A stretch of 64,000 nucleotides of DNA, taken from NCBI RefSeq assembly GCF_009914755.1, contig NC_060927.1; one strand, given 5' to 3'. The stretch is from the human T2T-CHM13v2.0 reference genome, Homo sapiens. Positions 48,993-62,327 of this stretch are shown here, in pieces. Positions within the stretch are counted from its first letter, which is position 1. Every line of letters starts with the position of its first letter. The notes beneath the pieces were generated by a model, which was not told the DNA's origin, did no database searches, and worked only from the letters and a program-made list of their open reading frames with translations. A program made the translations under genes and the position numbers.

Positions 48993-49199
48993 TGAAAGGA
49001 AATAATCTCTTCATATCAAACAACCTCATAGTGTGTGTCTACTTGTGTGTAAGGGGAAAAATCAGGGTTTACTCCATTTTCAGATTTATTTGAACATTTG
49101 ACGTGTTCATGTACTATTTTTATGCTTTATATACTATTTTTCCTGATTATTCAGGAAAAAAACAAAGTAAAAACAATATTACATTTTATTATTAACTTT

Positions 49200-49730
49200 T
49201 TTAAAAGTTTTTTTTTAGCTTTTACACTTTTATGCATGAAAATTGATAAAAGCCTTCAATAAAACATACCACTACATACCAGTAACTTTCACACTTTCAG
49301 CCTTTGACTCAACAACCCTCTTTTGCAGAATCTAGCCTAAATTGGTCAGTGACTTGCAATTTTATTTATAATGAGGAAAAGAAGAGCCAAAATACCTGAA
49401 ATGAGAAAGTGGTTGAAAAAGTCACTGAACTTCCAAAAAACAGAATATTAAGAAGCCATAAACAAAACCATAGTTCAAAAGGATATTTAATAATGTAAGA
49501 AAATACATCATTTTAAAATTAGAGTGTAACATTTTATGTACATTATGCTCCTGTTGTGTGTGTGTGCGTGTGTGTACAAACAGATGTACAAAACTGTATT
49601 GGAAAGAAATGCATAGACATATTTAATAGTGGCTATTTCCTAGTGGTAGGAGAACAAATATGTATTTTGTTTTCTTAATACATTTTTGCATATTTCAAAT
49701 TCTGTATTATGAGCGTACATTATTTTTATA
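49200..49730 (+). mobile_element. Old L1ME-like 3' fragment
   Basis: ctttgactcaacaaccctcttttgcagaatcta and atttaatagtggctatttcctagtggtagg...tctgtattatgagcgtacattattttta. Confidence 0.55.
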
Positions 49731-52700
49731 AGTAAATGATTATATTTGTAGTAATGAACTAATTGTTTTACTCATAAATACACTAAATGAAATAGACTAC
49801 CAAGAGTTAACCTAACAATAGTCTGCTAAGCCCAACTCTCCCAAGAAATAAACAAATGAAAAAGTGGGAAACCCAAACTCTGTTGTAAAAATACACATGC
49901 ATAACATGCATTGATTCTTGGTACAGACAGCTATAATCAGAAGGACAAAGGTTTATAAACAGTGGGTTGTCTTACGTGGGACAAGTCTGAAAGTACCTTA
50001 GCTTATCAGTAATCCTTATTTTCTACCAAAGGCGATCTACCAATCTTTAATCAAAGACTCAGTCCATGTCAGATGCTTAGAGCGACATTGATCTGAGCAT
50101 GGGAAATCCACAAAAAATGGTAGGTGTGTGGTTACACCGTGGAGGTCACCCACCCAACATGAGCCTCAGTCAGTAGGTGTTCCCTGTCCTCCTCACACCT
50201 CTGGTTGGGGGAAGGACTACCTTGGCTTAAAAATGGAAAAAATGAAGTGGGGTGAGAATGACATCTGCCCAACTTGCTATTTGGAGAGTGTTGTACCAAG
50301 TTGTGTAACCTCTGGTATTGCATTCATCATTGCAGAAGGGACGCATTCCACTCCTACAGGTGAGGCAAAGGAGCCCATCGCTCTTAAGACTAACTTGAGT
50401 CAGCTGGATATGGAGTGGAGGCCCCACCTGCCAGTTCTCACTGGTAACCTTGGACCCAGGATATGGACCCAGGATACATCGTCCTGAGCCTCGGTTTTTC
50501 TTGTTTTAATGGGGTACAGACACGTCCCTTATGGGATTTTCCTGAGAGTACAGGAGCAGCACCTGCTCAGGGCCCATCCACGCCACATGCTCAATGAGGG
50601 GTAGTGTTGGCCATGGCAGGGACAGTAATATTATTAATAATGCTAGCAGCATTATACCTTGTTTAATACAGACACATTTAATAAAGTTAAAGCAGAAATG
50701 GTTTCTTTTAAAAATAGGCAAAAAGAACTTGGTGTTTATTAAGTTGAAAACCAAAAATTGATTTTACAGTTCCTTACATCTCAGTGCTTTCTAGTTTCAG
50801 ACTTAATTCTTAGTGTCTTAGAAATCCAGTGTCTTCTTTCAAAAATTCTCATTTATTTAAATATGTGACTGTTTTCTATTTATTTAAATCAAGCACAGTT
50901 ATAAAATATGACTCTTTTAAGGTGCTAAAACAATACAAACTGTACTCACAACATTGCTGCAATGAAACTGCCTTTTCTTTTGAATGTTAAGGAAACATCT
51001 GAGTAAAAACAATGAAATTTTTAAAGTTGTTTTCATCTCAGTTGTTCTTACATCCTCGAAGATATAAAAACACCCTTCTTCCTTCTACACAGAAGGGAAG
51101 GTAGAGGATCGAGGAAAGTTATTTCACAAAGCCCTCTGAATTGGGATACCATGATATTAATGTCAGTATCACCAGTATTTAGCCTGGGTGGTCTTGAAGG
51201 GGACATCACAGGACACTCAATGTTCTGTTTCCTTGCTTATAGATACAATTCTGTAGGTCATTTTTATTGACACAAAGTTGATCTTGAACTCAATGAGTTG
51301 GGTTTTCATTTTGGGGTCTCTTCCGTATTTCTTGGTAGATTTAGAACACCTGTATCCATCACTTGACACACTGGATGTTTCCTGAAATCAACAATGTATG
51401 AATCTACACTTTATGGCCAAGGCCTTGGAAGAGGCCAGCTAAAGAACAAGTTAAAGGACAACTGCCAGTATCTTAAAGAGATAAAGAATTAAGCAACCCA
51501 GGAAATAAACATATTTTATTTTCTAATTGCATTAGAGAAAGATGACACAAGAACACCATTTTAACACTGAGGTAAATCAGATTCAATACAATTTAGTTAC
51601 TAATTTGAAAACCAAATCTATGTAAAATATAATAAATGAAGTCTATATCAAATCAATGTGAAATCATCATCAGTGATTTTAATCTGACTTTATTAGTTCT
51701 CATAGGAAGGGATTTCCTGTGTGGAAGATATACTAGATTAATATGATGAGTTACTCAAGAGAAAACACACATACCATATGTGCATATGCATAGCTTTTCT
51801 TTACTTTTTGGCAAAATTTTTTTGATACAATACAAATCGAATTTTCTGACAAAATTTGTCTACCTGTATTGTTTGTGCACATTAAAACTAAAAAATTAAT
51901 TATTTTAAAGAAGCAACTGCCTTTTGGTTTTTCTTAGTAAATTGAGCCACATATTTAATGGTCTGGTCATGTTCAGCTGCCTGATGCTTTTTCCAGTCAT
52001 GTTACTCACTGGTCACATCCCCAATTAATGGATATATATCCATTACAAACCCAAATGTAGCCCACTTCCATGAGAACTGAAGGAATGGCTCTGGATGCGC
52101 TGCCAGACATCTCATGCCAAAGGATTCAACTGAAATGACCCTCTGGGGTAAACTGGAGCAGTTGTGCAATCCTGTACATCAGTGCTACCAAGAAGTTCAA
52201 AAACAAAATGTTAGATGTTTATCCCTTCAAATTAACTAGAAGGATTTTGGAAAACCCAACCAAGTTTCATGAAGTAGAAAATGTCAAGCAAAGACTAATG
52301 TCGTGGTATGGATTTTCTTTTTCCAGAAATGACTCACGAAATTGAACCACTTGCTGAATCATGAGCCCTGTGTGCTTGGATGGGACCCATCCATATTTGC
52401 CCAGGCCTGGAACACATTAGATGATTTACAGGCTGGGTACTTCTGAAGCATCTGTCCCTTCTTCCCAGACTCCCTTCCTCTATAACAACTTCCTTCCCAG
52501 TGTGCATCCTTCCTAATCTCCTTTAATATTTATGATCATAATTAATTATAATTAACCACTCCCCACCCCCACCAACTGCTTTCATATTATTTAACTGTTA
52601 AGACCAAGATATTTGATCATGGGATAAAGGAAACATGTCTTCCTATTTTATTTATGCAATTCAGGAGATAGATGAAGTTCAAATCTTTGGATTTCAAAGA

Positions 52701-52749
52701 AGCATAAGAATTTCTCTGGCCTAGTCTGGAATGGTCTTTATGAGATTAA

Positions 52750-53100
52750 TTGCACTTGTCAGATGTCCCAGGCACTGTGCTAGGCACTTTATGTCTATAA
52801 TTCATTTAATGCCTCCAAGAACTCTAAGGACTTTTCCTATTTGAAGGATGATTTGCTTGATTGCAACCTCCTTTGCTACACTTCAAACTCCTGAGGGCCA
52901 AACATGGCATTTGTCTTTGCACCCCAAAACAAGAGTCTGAGGGTGGAGTGGTTACTACACAGGCTCTGGCATCAGGTAGACCAAGACTCAGATCTCTACT
53001 CTGCTGTTTTCTGTACCTGAAGCAAGGCACTTTGCCTTTTTAACTCCTTCACTTGTGAAATGTGCTTAGGCACTTGCAACGTCTTTGTCAGGGTTCAATT
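52750..53100. mobile_element. Two MIR fragments in opposite orientations
   Basis: ccaggcactgtgctaggcactttatg (-) and caggctctggcatcaggtagacc...ctctactc (+). Confidence 0.55.
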
Positions 53101-55686
53101 TAAGGCTACGTAGATGCAAAACATTCACAGCAACGTTTGGTAGCAAGTACAAATGATATTTGGCAATGGATATGGAAAGGTAGGCGTGTGGATGGATAGA
53201 CAGAAGGAAGGATGGAAAGATAGATCAATAAAAATGACTCAGCAAGTTTGAGTAACCTTCTCCAGCATGTTAATGCAGGTCTGTTTGCTTCCGTTTGCTT
53301 GTTACTTTTTGTCTTCTCCGTGCTGCTAAGCACATTGCAGTGTTCAACTAAGCTGTGTTTTTTTTAAGTCCTTTTCTTTTATCACTGTGACATCAGCTGG
53401 ACGTTGTGCACCAGCTTCTCAGCACTTCCTTACAGTCTCAGTCCAACCACATTGATACAGGCAAAATACACAAAGATATTCAGTGAAGGAGCCGTGAGCA
53501 AGGAGAGACTGTATAATGTGAAAGAGGGAGCACTAGCCCCAGAGTCTTGCCTGAATTCTGGTACTAATTTTCTCTGCCTTCTTTACTCCCTGGGCCTCAT
53601 TTGTGAAATAAATTAAACGATAGTGTTGGAATAAATTCATTTAAGGACCATTTGCTGGGCATGTCTTGTGTACCAGGCTCTGTGCTAAATGCCGTGGATG
53701 AAAAGAGGAATCTTTCCCAGCTTCTGCCCTTGGAGTTCACAGGCTTTACACAATTCCCAGCATTTCTTCCAGCCACAGTGTTCAGTGACTTTGCTTCATT
53801 AACAGTTTGCACAAATTTTGGTCCTAGATGGTATCTTTGGTTGTAGAATAAAGATGATTATCTTTGTAGTGAAGTTTGAGAACATCTGGTTCTCATTTCC
53901 ACTTAGTTAGGGAAGGTTTTATGGAGGAAGCAGCATTTCAGGGGGTCTTTAAACAAGGAGAAGGTTTTGTCCCAGGGCCCCAAAGCTCTGACAGTTGCCT
54001 GTGTTTTCAGGGCATCTACTTGGAGGTGTCTAAACCACGTTTGTGAAAATATGAACATTTGGCCACCATAGGGGGTCAATTATGTGTCATGGCTCATCAT
54101 AAATATTGACCAAAATCCAATGCCTCATGATAATTTTCATTGTCATTAGTCCTGGGCATTCTTGAAATAAGCAGGTTATACCCAAATAAACCAACAAAGC
54201 GGTTTCCAAGACAGCTTTCAGATATGTTAATCAGTGATATTCTCATGACCATGGCTTTATTTATATATGTTCATGGTCAAAGGCAGTATCCTCCCTCTAT
54301 CTAGAAGTTTACTCATAAAACATATTCCTTTCTTAATGACATATCCTAGAATCACTGGAACAAAAGGACAGAATATCAAAATGTTCCCGAATAATAACAA
54401 TTTTATTAGAAGAGGACTGTTTTTAGATTCTCATATAGATGTTCCAAGATTGTCCAGCATTATATTCACAAAGTTGTCTTCAGTTTGTTAAGAAGAGAAA
54501 GAGAACAAACAAATTCAACAATTTAGCTCATACAAGATGCAGTTAAAGTTCAAAGAGGGAAATCTGTTTACTTTTGTATTTAAACAAGTTAAAATGCAGT
54601 GAAATCTCATGGAAGAATATGGAATCTCCAGATCTCAAATGCAAGTAATAATGATTCAGTAAGAAGAGGGAAAATGTTTTGGCTAAAAGCAAAATATCTT
54701 TTTTGTAGCATTCTCAAGATTTAGTGATTACACTTTACCAAGACAATCAAGTGAAAAGCAAGAGGACATGTTACTTGAAAGGTTTACTTATTTCTTATTC
54801 TTGTTTCTTATTCTAATTGTAAAGTCTCTCAATTAAAACTGCTCACAATCAGCAAACCTTAAGATTATCACTAAAAGTAGTGGAAATCTAAAGAATATAA
54901 GAGCAGAGCAAAATCCACAGCCAGAGTCAGATGATGTTAACATTAGCCAAGTAGGCAGAATCAATACTGTGGTCCCTTTCCAGGCATGAGATGCAATAGG
55001 ATCTCCCTGCCCCACGTTTCAGTGGATTTTCACCTGTGTTCTTCCTCCAAAGGGTGTCTGTATCTCTACTGGGGGTGTGTCTCCAGAGAAAACATCCTCC
55101 TGAACATGCCTAGCACAGTCTTACTAGATTCTTTCCCTGACATGTCTGCCCAGTGTTGAGGATAAGAGATGTTGTGATGATGGAAGTGGGTGGGAGATTT
55201 GGGGGTGGTGCAAGTAGTTGGCCATTGAAAGGTTAGGTACAGAGGACTTTTTTGGCTGGTGGAGGAGGGAAGGGTGCAGAGACTTTGTTTGGGGAAGGTA
55301 TCTAAATTGCCACATAGTCTGCTTACATCCCCTTTTCCAGATGTACGTCTCCCTGCTGTTCTCCCTGGTGCCCTCACAAACTAATTGTACAGAGAGCTGT
55401 TCTGATGGCTTTCTGTTGTCTTCCTCTCTCCTTGCCATGGAGTGTGCAAACTGCAGGACATGGGTGACATTTCTTCCCAGCCTCACCCCATTAACCCTAT
55501 TATATGCTACCCAGAGAATGGCCCTTAAGAATTCCCAAGTCATTGATAAACTTAAGCTCATGGGGAGAGGTGAAAGTGCCAAGGAGTTGGTGTCCCTTTT
55601 GTTCAAGCTGCATTTGAGAAAGTGGGTGTGAAAGAACCTCTCCTTTGCTAAGCTCCCCTGTCACATTCTCAGATTCTGCATATCTT

Positions 55687-55702
55687 TTCTTCTTCTTCTT
55701 CA

Positions 55703-55733
<31 letters not shown>

Positions 55734-56038
55734 GAGATGGAGTTTTGCTCTGTCACCCAGGCTGGAGTGCAGTGGCAAGATCTCAGGTCACTGCAACCTC
55801 TGCCTCCCAGGTTCAAGCAATTCTCTGCCTCCTGGGTTCAAGCAATTCTCTGCCTCAGCCTCCTGAGTAGCTGGGATTACAGGCACCCATCACCACGCCT
55901 GGCTAATTTTTTGTATTTTTAGTAGAGACGGGATTTCACCATCTTGGCCAGGCTGATCTTGAACTCCTGACCTCATGATCCACCTGCCTTGGCCTCCCAA
56001 AGTGCTGGGATTACAGGCGTGAGCCACCACGCCCAGCC
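55687..56038 (-). mobile_element. AluS with an internal 25-bp tandem duplication
   Basis: TSD cagattctgcatatctt / cagattctggttatctt. Duplicated units at 55798-55822 and 55823-55847. Confidence 0.93.
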
Positions 56039-56246
56039 CAGATTCTGGTTATCTTAAAGAATCAATGGTTCTCTTTTCATAATGTCTCGTCTGATTTATA
56101 GATGTGCACAGCTGTGTTTTTCCACCTCTTAGTACTACTCCTTTTCTGTCAAGGCAAATGTTATTATCAGACCTAATTGTTGATAACCGCCGGTCTTTGC
56201 TTCAGTTGGGTAGGTAACTAAACGACATCAGCTGGCATTTAAATAC

Positions 56247-56572
56247 TTTTTTTTTTTTTTTTGAGATGGAGTCTTACTCTGCAGTCCAGGCTGTTGCACA
56301 ATGGCACGATATCGGTTTGCTGCAACCGTCACCTCCTGGGCTCAAGCAATTCTCCTGCCTCAGCCTCCCAAGTAGAGTAGCTGGGATTACAGGAGTGCCC
56401 CCACCACGCCCAGCTAATTTTTGTATTTTTAGTGCAGACGGGTTTTCGCCACGTTGGCCAAGCTGGTCTCAAACTCCCAACCTCAGGTGATCCGCCCTCC
56501 CAAAGTGCTGGGATTTGGCCACTTGGCCTCCCAAAGTGCTGGGATTACAGGCGTGAGTCACCGCACCTGGCC
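56247..56572 (-). mobile_element. AluSx-like with an internal 20-bp duplication
   Basis: cctcccaaagtgctgggatt at 56496-56515 and 56527-56546, plus a doubled agtag at 56371-56380. Confidence 0.92.
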
Positions 56573-56640
56573 CCTAAATATATTTTTGTTTGTAAGGCCC
56601 ATACTCTGGAAATGGCTTTTTGTCGTCCAGGACCTCGTGC

Positions 56641-56676
56641 CTGCAATTTACCCTAATGGCCACTAGATGGTGGCAG
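56641..56676 (+). promoter_or_regulatory. CTCF-like site with upstream module
   Basis: ctgcaatttaccctaa-tggccactagatggtggcag matches the CTCF core (TGGCCACYAGRKGGCRS) plus a CTGCA-type upstream motif at about the usual spacing. Confidence 0.6.
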
Positions 56677-57806
56677 TGTCTTTTCATAGAGTGCAGGTTG
56701 AAGTTCCTCGCAGGTGTTGAAAGGAAGCTAGCAGAAACACCGCTGCGTATTCACAAGTTATACACACACATATAAAATATTTATGTATTATAGTATTATA
56801 CATTTATATTATTTACTAACATAGTCAATATGTTGATCAATGTTAATAATAAAGCAACACAAATGTAAGAGGAGCAAAATATAGAAGAAATATGATATTT
56901 GATGAGAGTTAGTGGATTAGCTTTTGTTCTTGACTTGGAGCCAGTCCTGTATCTGAGCTGAGTCCACCATTTGTGCACAACCTTCCCTTTAAGCCCAAGC
57001 CTCTAGGGCTGAGCAGATCTGGCAGGCGGCTCCGCTGAAAACCACCTGGCAGTCCTCAAATGGGCTGCCAAGAGTGCTGTCCTTGGCTTGCTCAGATGCC
57101 TTCCAGGTCCAGCTTGCCTCCTTTCTCTGCAGCTTGGCATTCACCCCCAGGGGCTTCCAGCTGCAGGAGAAACAGAGGCTTCTGCCACCAGTCCTGGCAA
57201 GCTTCCTCTGAATAGAGTTATGAAGAAGGCAACCCAAACAGATGTCCTTCAAAGGTGGAGGCTGCCCAGACAGCAAGCACATAGCCACAGCTGCTCCCCA
57301 CCATGGGCAACCACTGGGGAAGCAGCCAAACTTCTACTCATTGTGAAGGCTTGACATAAAATTCTAGTGACAATAGTCTTTTATACCATCATAAAGAGTA
57401 GTCATTACCATCAGTATTTGGGTACTTTGCAGGTACCTAAATTTCTTCTCTTGTGGGAAAGATATGCAACCATCCATCTTGGGAATGTTGGTACCCTTTT
57501 GCCTTTGGCCTTTTTGGCCTCAGAAATTTCTCCTTTGTGTGGATTGTACATGGCACTTGGGACCACCTCAGTGGGTATCTAGAGCTGCCTAGGTCATTTA
57601 TGGCCCAGATTGGTATGTCTAAGAGTTACAAATCCATTTCATGCTCATTGAAGCTAAAAGAGAAAACTTATTGGCTCAGGCAACCCCATAATGGAAAAGG
57701 GGCATTGGTGGAATTGATCTTGGGAATGAAGGCATTCAGGGACAGGTACCCTCCCGCCCTTTCCCTCTTTTTTTTCCTCCCTCCCTCTTTATCTCTCTCT
57801 TCTCTG

Positions 57807-57850
<44 letters not shown>
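57807..57850. repeat. (CA)n microsatellite, about 21 units
   Basis: Direct reading. Confidence 0.97.
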
Positions 57851-57853
<3 letters not shown>

Positions 57854-58539
57854 TCTCCTCCTCTCTGTTGAGTTTATTTTATTCAGTCTCATCGCCTCTC
57901 TGTGGCAAGGGGACACGGCTGTCAAGCTGACATTCTTATAGCCATTCACAAAGGAGAATAGGTAGTCTTTCCCATTTGCTCCTGGTTAGAAAAAGAAAAA
58001 CATCTCAGGTAGCCTAGCCTGAACTACATGCCTAGTTAATAAACTTACCAGTGCAGCTCGCGCAGAGTGTGTGTGTGCACACTTCTGTGTGTGAAGTGCT
58101 CTGGTTAACACAGCCTGGGTTGGCTGTCCATCCCCACACTCAGGATGGGAGAGCTTGACTGCTAAGAAACCTTGTGGTTGGACGGGGTGAAGAGGACTTT
58201 CCTAAAGGAAGTGGGTGATACCTGCAGAAGAAGGAAAAGAAAGGGGCCAGGCAGTTTACAAGATGTCTACCCCTGCATTGTTCCATTTACCAATATCCTT
58301 AAGTATAAAGCAATGGAATGAAATCACTCTGCGGCAGACTACTTTCTCCTGCGTTTGTTAGACTGGCTTTCAGGAAGCATTCTGAATCTGTCATATAAAC
58401 CCTGACAGATATTGATAAACACCAGGCATTTTCACTTTAGTTCATGCTGGACTTGGAAAAGAGAGCCTCTCTGCTCACCGAATGAGAGCCAGCATGCCAT
58501 TCCCAGCTAGTTCTTCCTCTGCCATGTTAGCTTTTCTTT

Positions 58540-58680
58540 CTCCCTTAGCAGACTTGAGGCTCCTTGGGGATAAGACCCATGCCTTATTCCTAGTTGTCTT
58601 CCCAGCACATGGCATGGAACCTGGAACATAGCTGATGCTCGAGGAGTGTTTATTAAGGAAATCAATGAGTAGGTGACTAG
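58540..58680 (+). mobile_element. L2 3' end
   Basis: gaggctccttgggg...tcttcccagcacatggcatggaacctggaacatagctgatgctc. Confidence 0.65.
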
Positions 58681-60473
58681 GCCAGCAGCAAAATGGATGG
58701 GTCACAAGTCCTGTGTTGTTATACTCTCTGGGGTCATGCCCTAGGTCTAGCCATGTTGCCAACTGGTGCCATCAGTGGGAAACTAATCAAGTATTAAGGA
58801 GTAGGCCTGGCATGGCCACGTGGACCTTGCACATGAGTTCAAATGCATATTCATATGAGCCTACATGCATGATTAACTTGGGAAGCTGACAGGAAGCAGT
58901 CAATCTGTTGAGCAAGTTTGTGTTTTATAAACCAGATGTTCAGTATTATTATTCATCATTTCCTTTGATACCCAAATGGTCCCCATTATGTAGCATGGGA
59001 AATGAAGGATATGGAATAATATATACTTAGTATACAACAGAGCACCACAACCACAGGTTTCAGAGGCCTGCTTAAAGCCTGGGCAAGTGTAATTGCATAG
59101 CAGTTCATTTTAAGATTCCCACTTGGACTTAAGTTAATGGGATTTTGCCCAGATGGACCATGGTGACCCCCACCTCCTGCTCCTACCCCTTGGAAAATGA
59201 ATGTTGACTCTACGTCTGCATTTTTCTTGGAAGCCACATGTATGAATCATAAGCAGCACCCTTGCCTCAGTAGCAGCTACAGGTTGGGGGGCCACAGAAA
59301 AGCAGGGACCCCCCTAGCAACGTGTTGGGGGACAGAGGGTTTCTGGCCATAGTTGGCTGCATAACTTCTGCTTGGTGGTCTGGGAAAAAAAAAACAAAAC
59401 TTGCCATTGACTGCTATTTCCTATGGCAAGAGTATAGAATGCCTTTCAATCATAAAGTGCTTACAGTGCAAATGAACTTGCAAATTGATGTGTTTCTCCA
59501 TGAAACGTTTAAGATTCACAGAGTCCAGACCTGTGGGGACTGGGAATGATGGAGCTGGTGGGTGCAGAAGAGAGTCTTAATTTTCTGCAAATGGTATTTC
59601 TGTGTTCCTGCCAGTCTTTGTTGCCATAATGATGAACTGGTATACATAGGAAAGCCTACGGGTTAGGGTTCTGGCCAAGCCAGTTCAAATTGGGGCCAGA
59701 ACTGCCCCTAGGAGAGGTCCATGAGATCATTGGCCCACATGTGAACTGTTGCCAGACTGAACTGAATGCATTTCCTTTGTTTACCTGGGGCTGGTTACAA
59801 ATGAATGGTTTCAGTACAAATGCAATATTATGGGTTTCTTTTTTAAAGTAATGATGCAGTAATTACATTTGGAATTAGCTCCTGAGTGAAGTTGATACTA
59901 TATTCTGGCTTAATATTTTGAAGTTAGTTTCTCATAATCTTGTCTTTGTGCCAGGACAATTACTAGTAATTTATAACTGATTTTTACTGGTTGCAGGAAA
60001 AAGGCTTCATTTCTCATTATTGTCAATGGTATGTTTTTATTTCATCCATGTTACATGTTGGCACTGCTTGAAATTTGATTTGAGTTGCAAAGTGGAAGTT
60101 GTGCGGAGTTATGGATCAGCTCAAATCAGTTTTCTTTATAGCATTAACGATTAATCAAGGAGTCAGAATATGGGAAGACTTCTAATTCTAAGAGAACTAT
60201 TTACCATGGGCTGGTTCTGCCTTTGAAAATGGCCTTGCAGGTTTCCAGTGGTGGCCACAGTATGCTTTGAGTATTTTAAGCAAGATGTTAGAACCATGTT
60301 TCCAAAAACTATTACAGACTGTATATACTGGTTGACTTGGTTCATGGCAACACTAACTGTCAGCATCATCTCATAGTTAATATTTTTTGTTTATTATATT
60401 GATGAATTAAAGTTGTTTACATATTCTTTCACCCAAATTAGGGTGCCCAAAATAATCACTTATATGATTACCA

Positions 60474-60902
60474 TGTATATTATTAGTCATGGTTCTCTAG
60501 AGATAGCCTATAGAGCTAGAGATAGGCTATACAGATAGGGTGGGGAGGAATTTAGTTTAAGGAATTGGGTTACACAATTGTGGGGCTGGCAAGTCTGAAA
60601 TCTGCAAGGCAGGCAGTCTGACATGCTGGAAATTGCAGCAAGAGTTGATGTTGCAGTCTTGAGTTTGAAGACAGTCTACAGGCAGAATTCCTTCTTTTGA
60701 GGGGGGCCTTGTCTTTTCTCTTAAGGCCTTCAATGGATTGGATGAGACCCACCCACATTATGGAGAATAATCTGCTTTACTACTGATTAAAATGTTAGTC
60801 ACATCTAAAAAACACCTTCCCAGCAACATCTAGACTGGCAGTTGCTCAAACAACTGAGCATGATGGCCTAGCCAAGTTGACACATAAAATTAACCATGTC
60901 AC
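60474..60902 (-). mobile_element. MLT2 (ERVL) LTR, MLT2C/D-like
   Basis: tattagtcatggttctctagag...aggaattgg...ggctggcaagtctgaaatctgca...cccacccacattatggag...gttgacacataaaattaaccat. Confidence 0.85.
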
Positions 60903-61109
60903 CATGAGTTCCCAGTCCTAGACAGACCAGGAGATTCTTGCTTCATTTTACTTGTCACGGAGGGATATAGGACTATCTTGATATCCATGTAAAACTTATA
61001 AAAGCATGGCCCCCTCCACCCCTGTTGGGAGTTTTTTTCCAACACCTGCCAGCTTCTCTTTAGCTGTCATGATTATTGGTGGAAATGAAATGGAAAGGAT
61101 TGCCCTATA

Positions 61110-61255
61110 CGAATGCTTCTTGCATTTTAATATACATACGAATCATTAAAATAATTATTCACATTCAGAGTGTTTGGAATGGGGCCTGAGACTAACAAGC
61201 ACTTAGGTGCTACAGGTGCTGCTGTTCTGGGTACTACATTGTAAGTAGTGACACC
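61110..61255. mobile_element. MER5A-like hAT fragment
   Basis: ggaatggggcctgaga...taacaagcacttaggtg...tgctgctgttctgggtactaca. Confidence 0.55.
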
Positions 61256-61963
61256 CCACAGCTCTAATAATCTATTAGAAGAACAAGGCAAAAGAAAGAC
61301 TAAGTTTAATGACCTTTACTCAAGAGACCAGCCAGTCAATGGGGGCTTCAAACGCTTAGATTTTAGGATCTTCTCTTTATAATGCCTCTTTCCAAGTAGA
61401 TTGAGGGAGCAATGCCTGATTATTCTGTGGAACTAAAGCTATGGAAGAGAAGTGTCCAAATATCAGAAAACACGCTAGGTTGAAGATAGTGGATTCTAGT
61501 TCACGGATTGCTTCACTTGGGGCTTGAACAGGCTACGAAGCCAGAAGGACTTGCCTGGTCAATTTTGGTGCCTGTCAGCAGTGCCTCCAGCCTTAATCTC
61601 ATTTTGGACTCTGCTACTTACTAGCTGTGTGACCTCGAAGGCAGAGAAAAGAAGCTGGCATCCTTTGAGCACTTCCATATGCCAGGTACCATGCTGGGCA
61701 GTTTTCTGTTTTGTCTTCATGGCAACAGTGCTGGGGAATAGTGGGCATTATTTCATATGAGCATGTGGAGACTTCACTAGTGCAGTTAGGAAAGATTCAG
61801 AGCTGAGATTTAGAACCAGATTTGTCTTGGGCCAAAGCCTACCATGTTCCAAGACTCTGTTTCCCTATTTGTTTGGGACAGAGTAGGGGTTCCTGCCTGT
61901 CTCCCAACACTGTGTAAAAAGCAGGTGCAATGGTGTGTCTCCATGTGTCTGTAACCCAATTGA

Positions 61964-62327
<364 letters not shown>

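Noticed and set aside
50340-50366. cactcctacag|gtgagg possible recursive splice site
   Set aside because: Weak pyrimidine tract; such AG-GT matches are frequent by chance.
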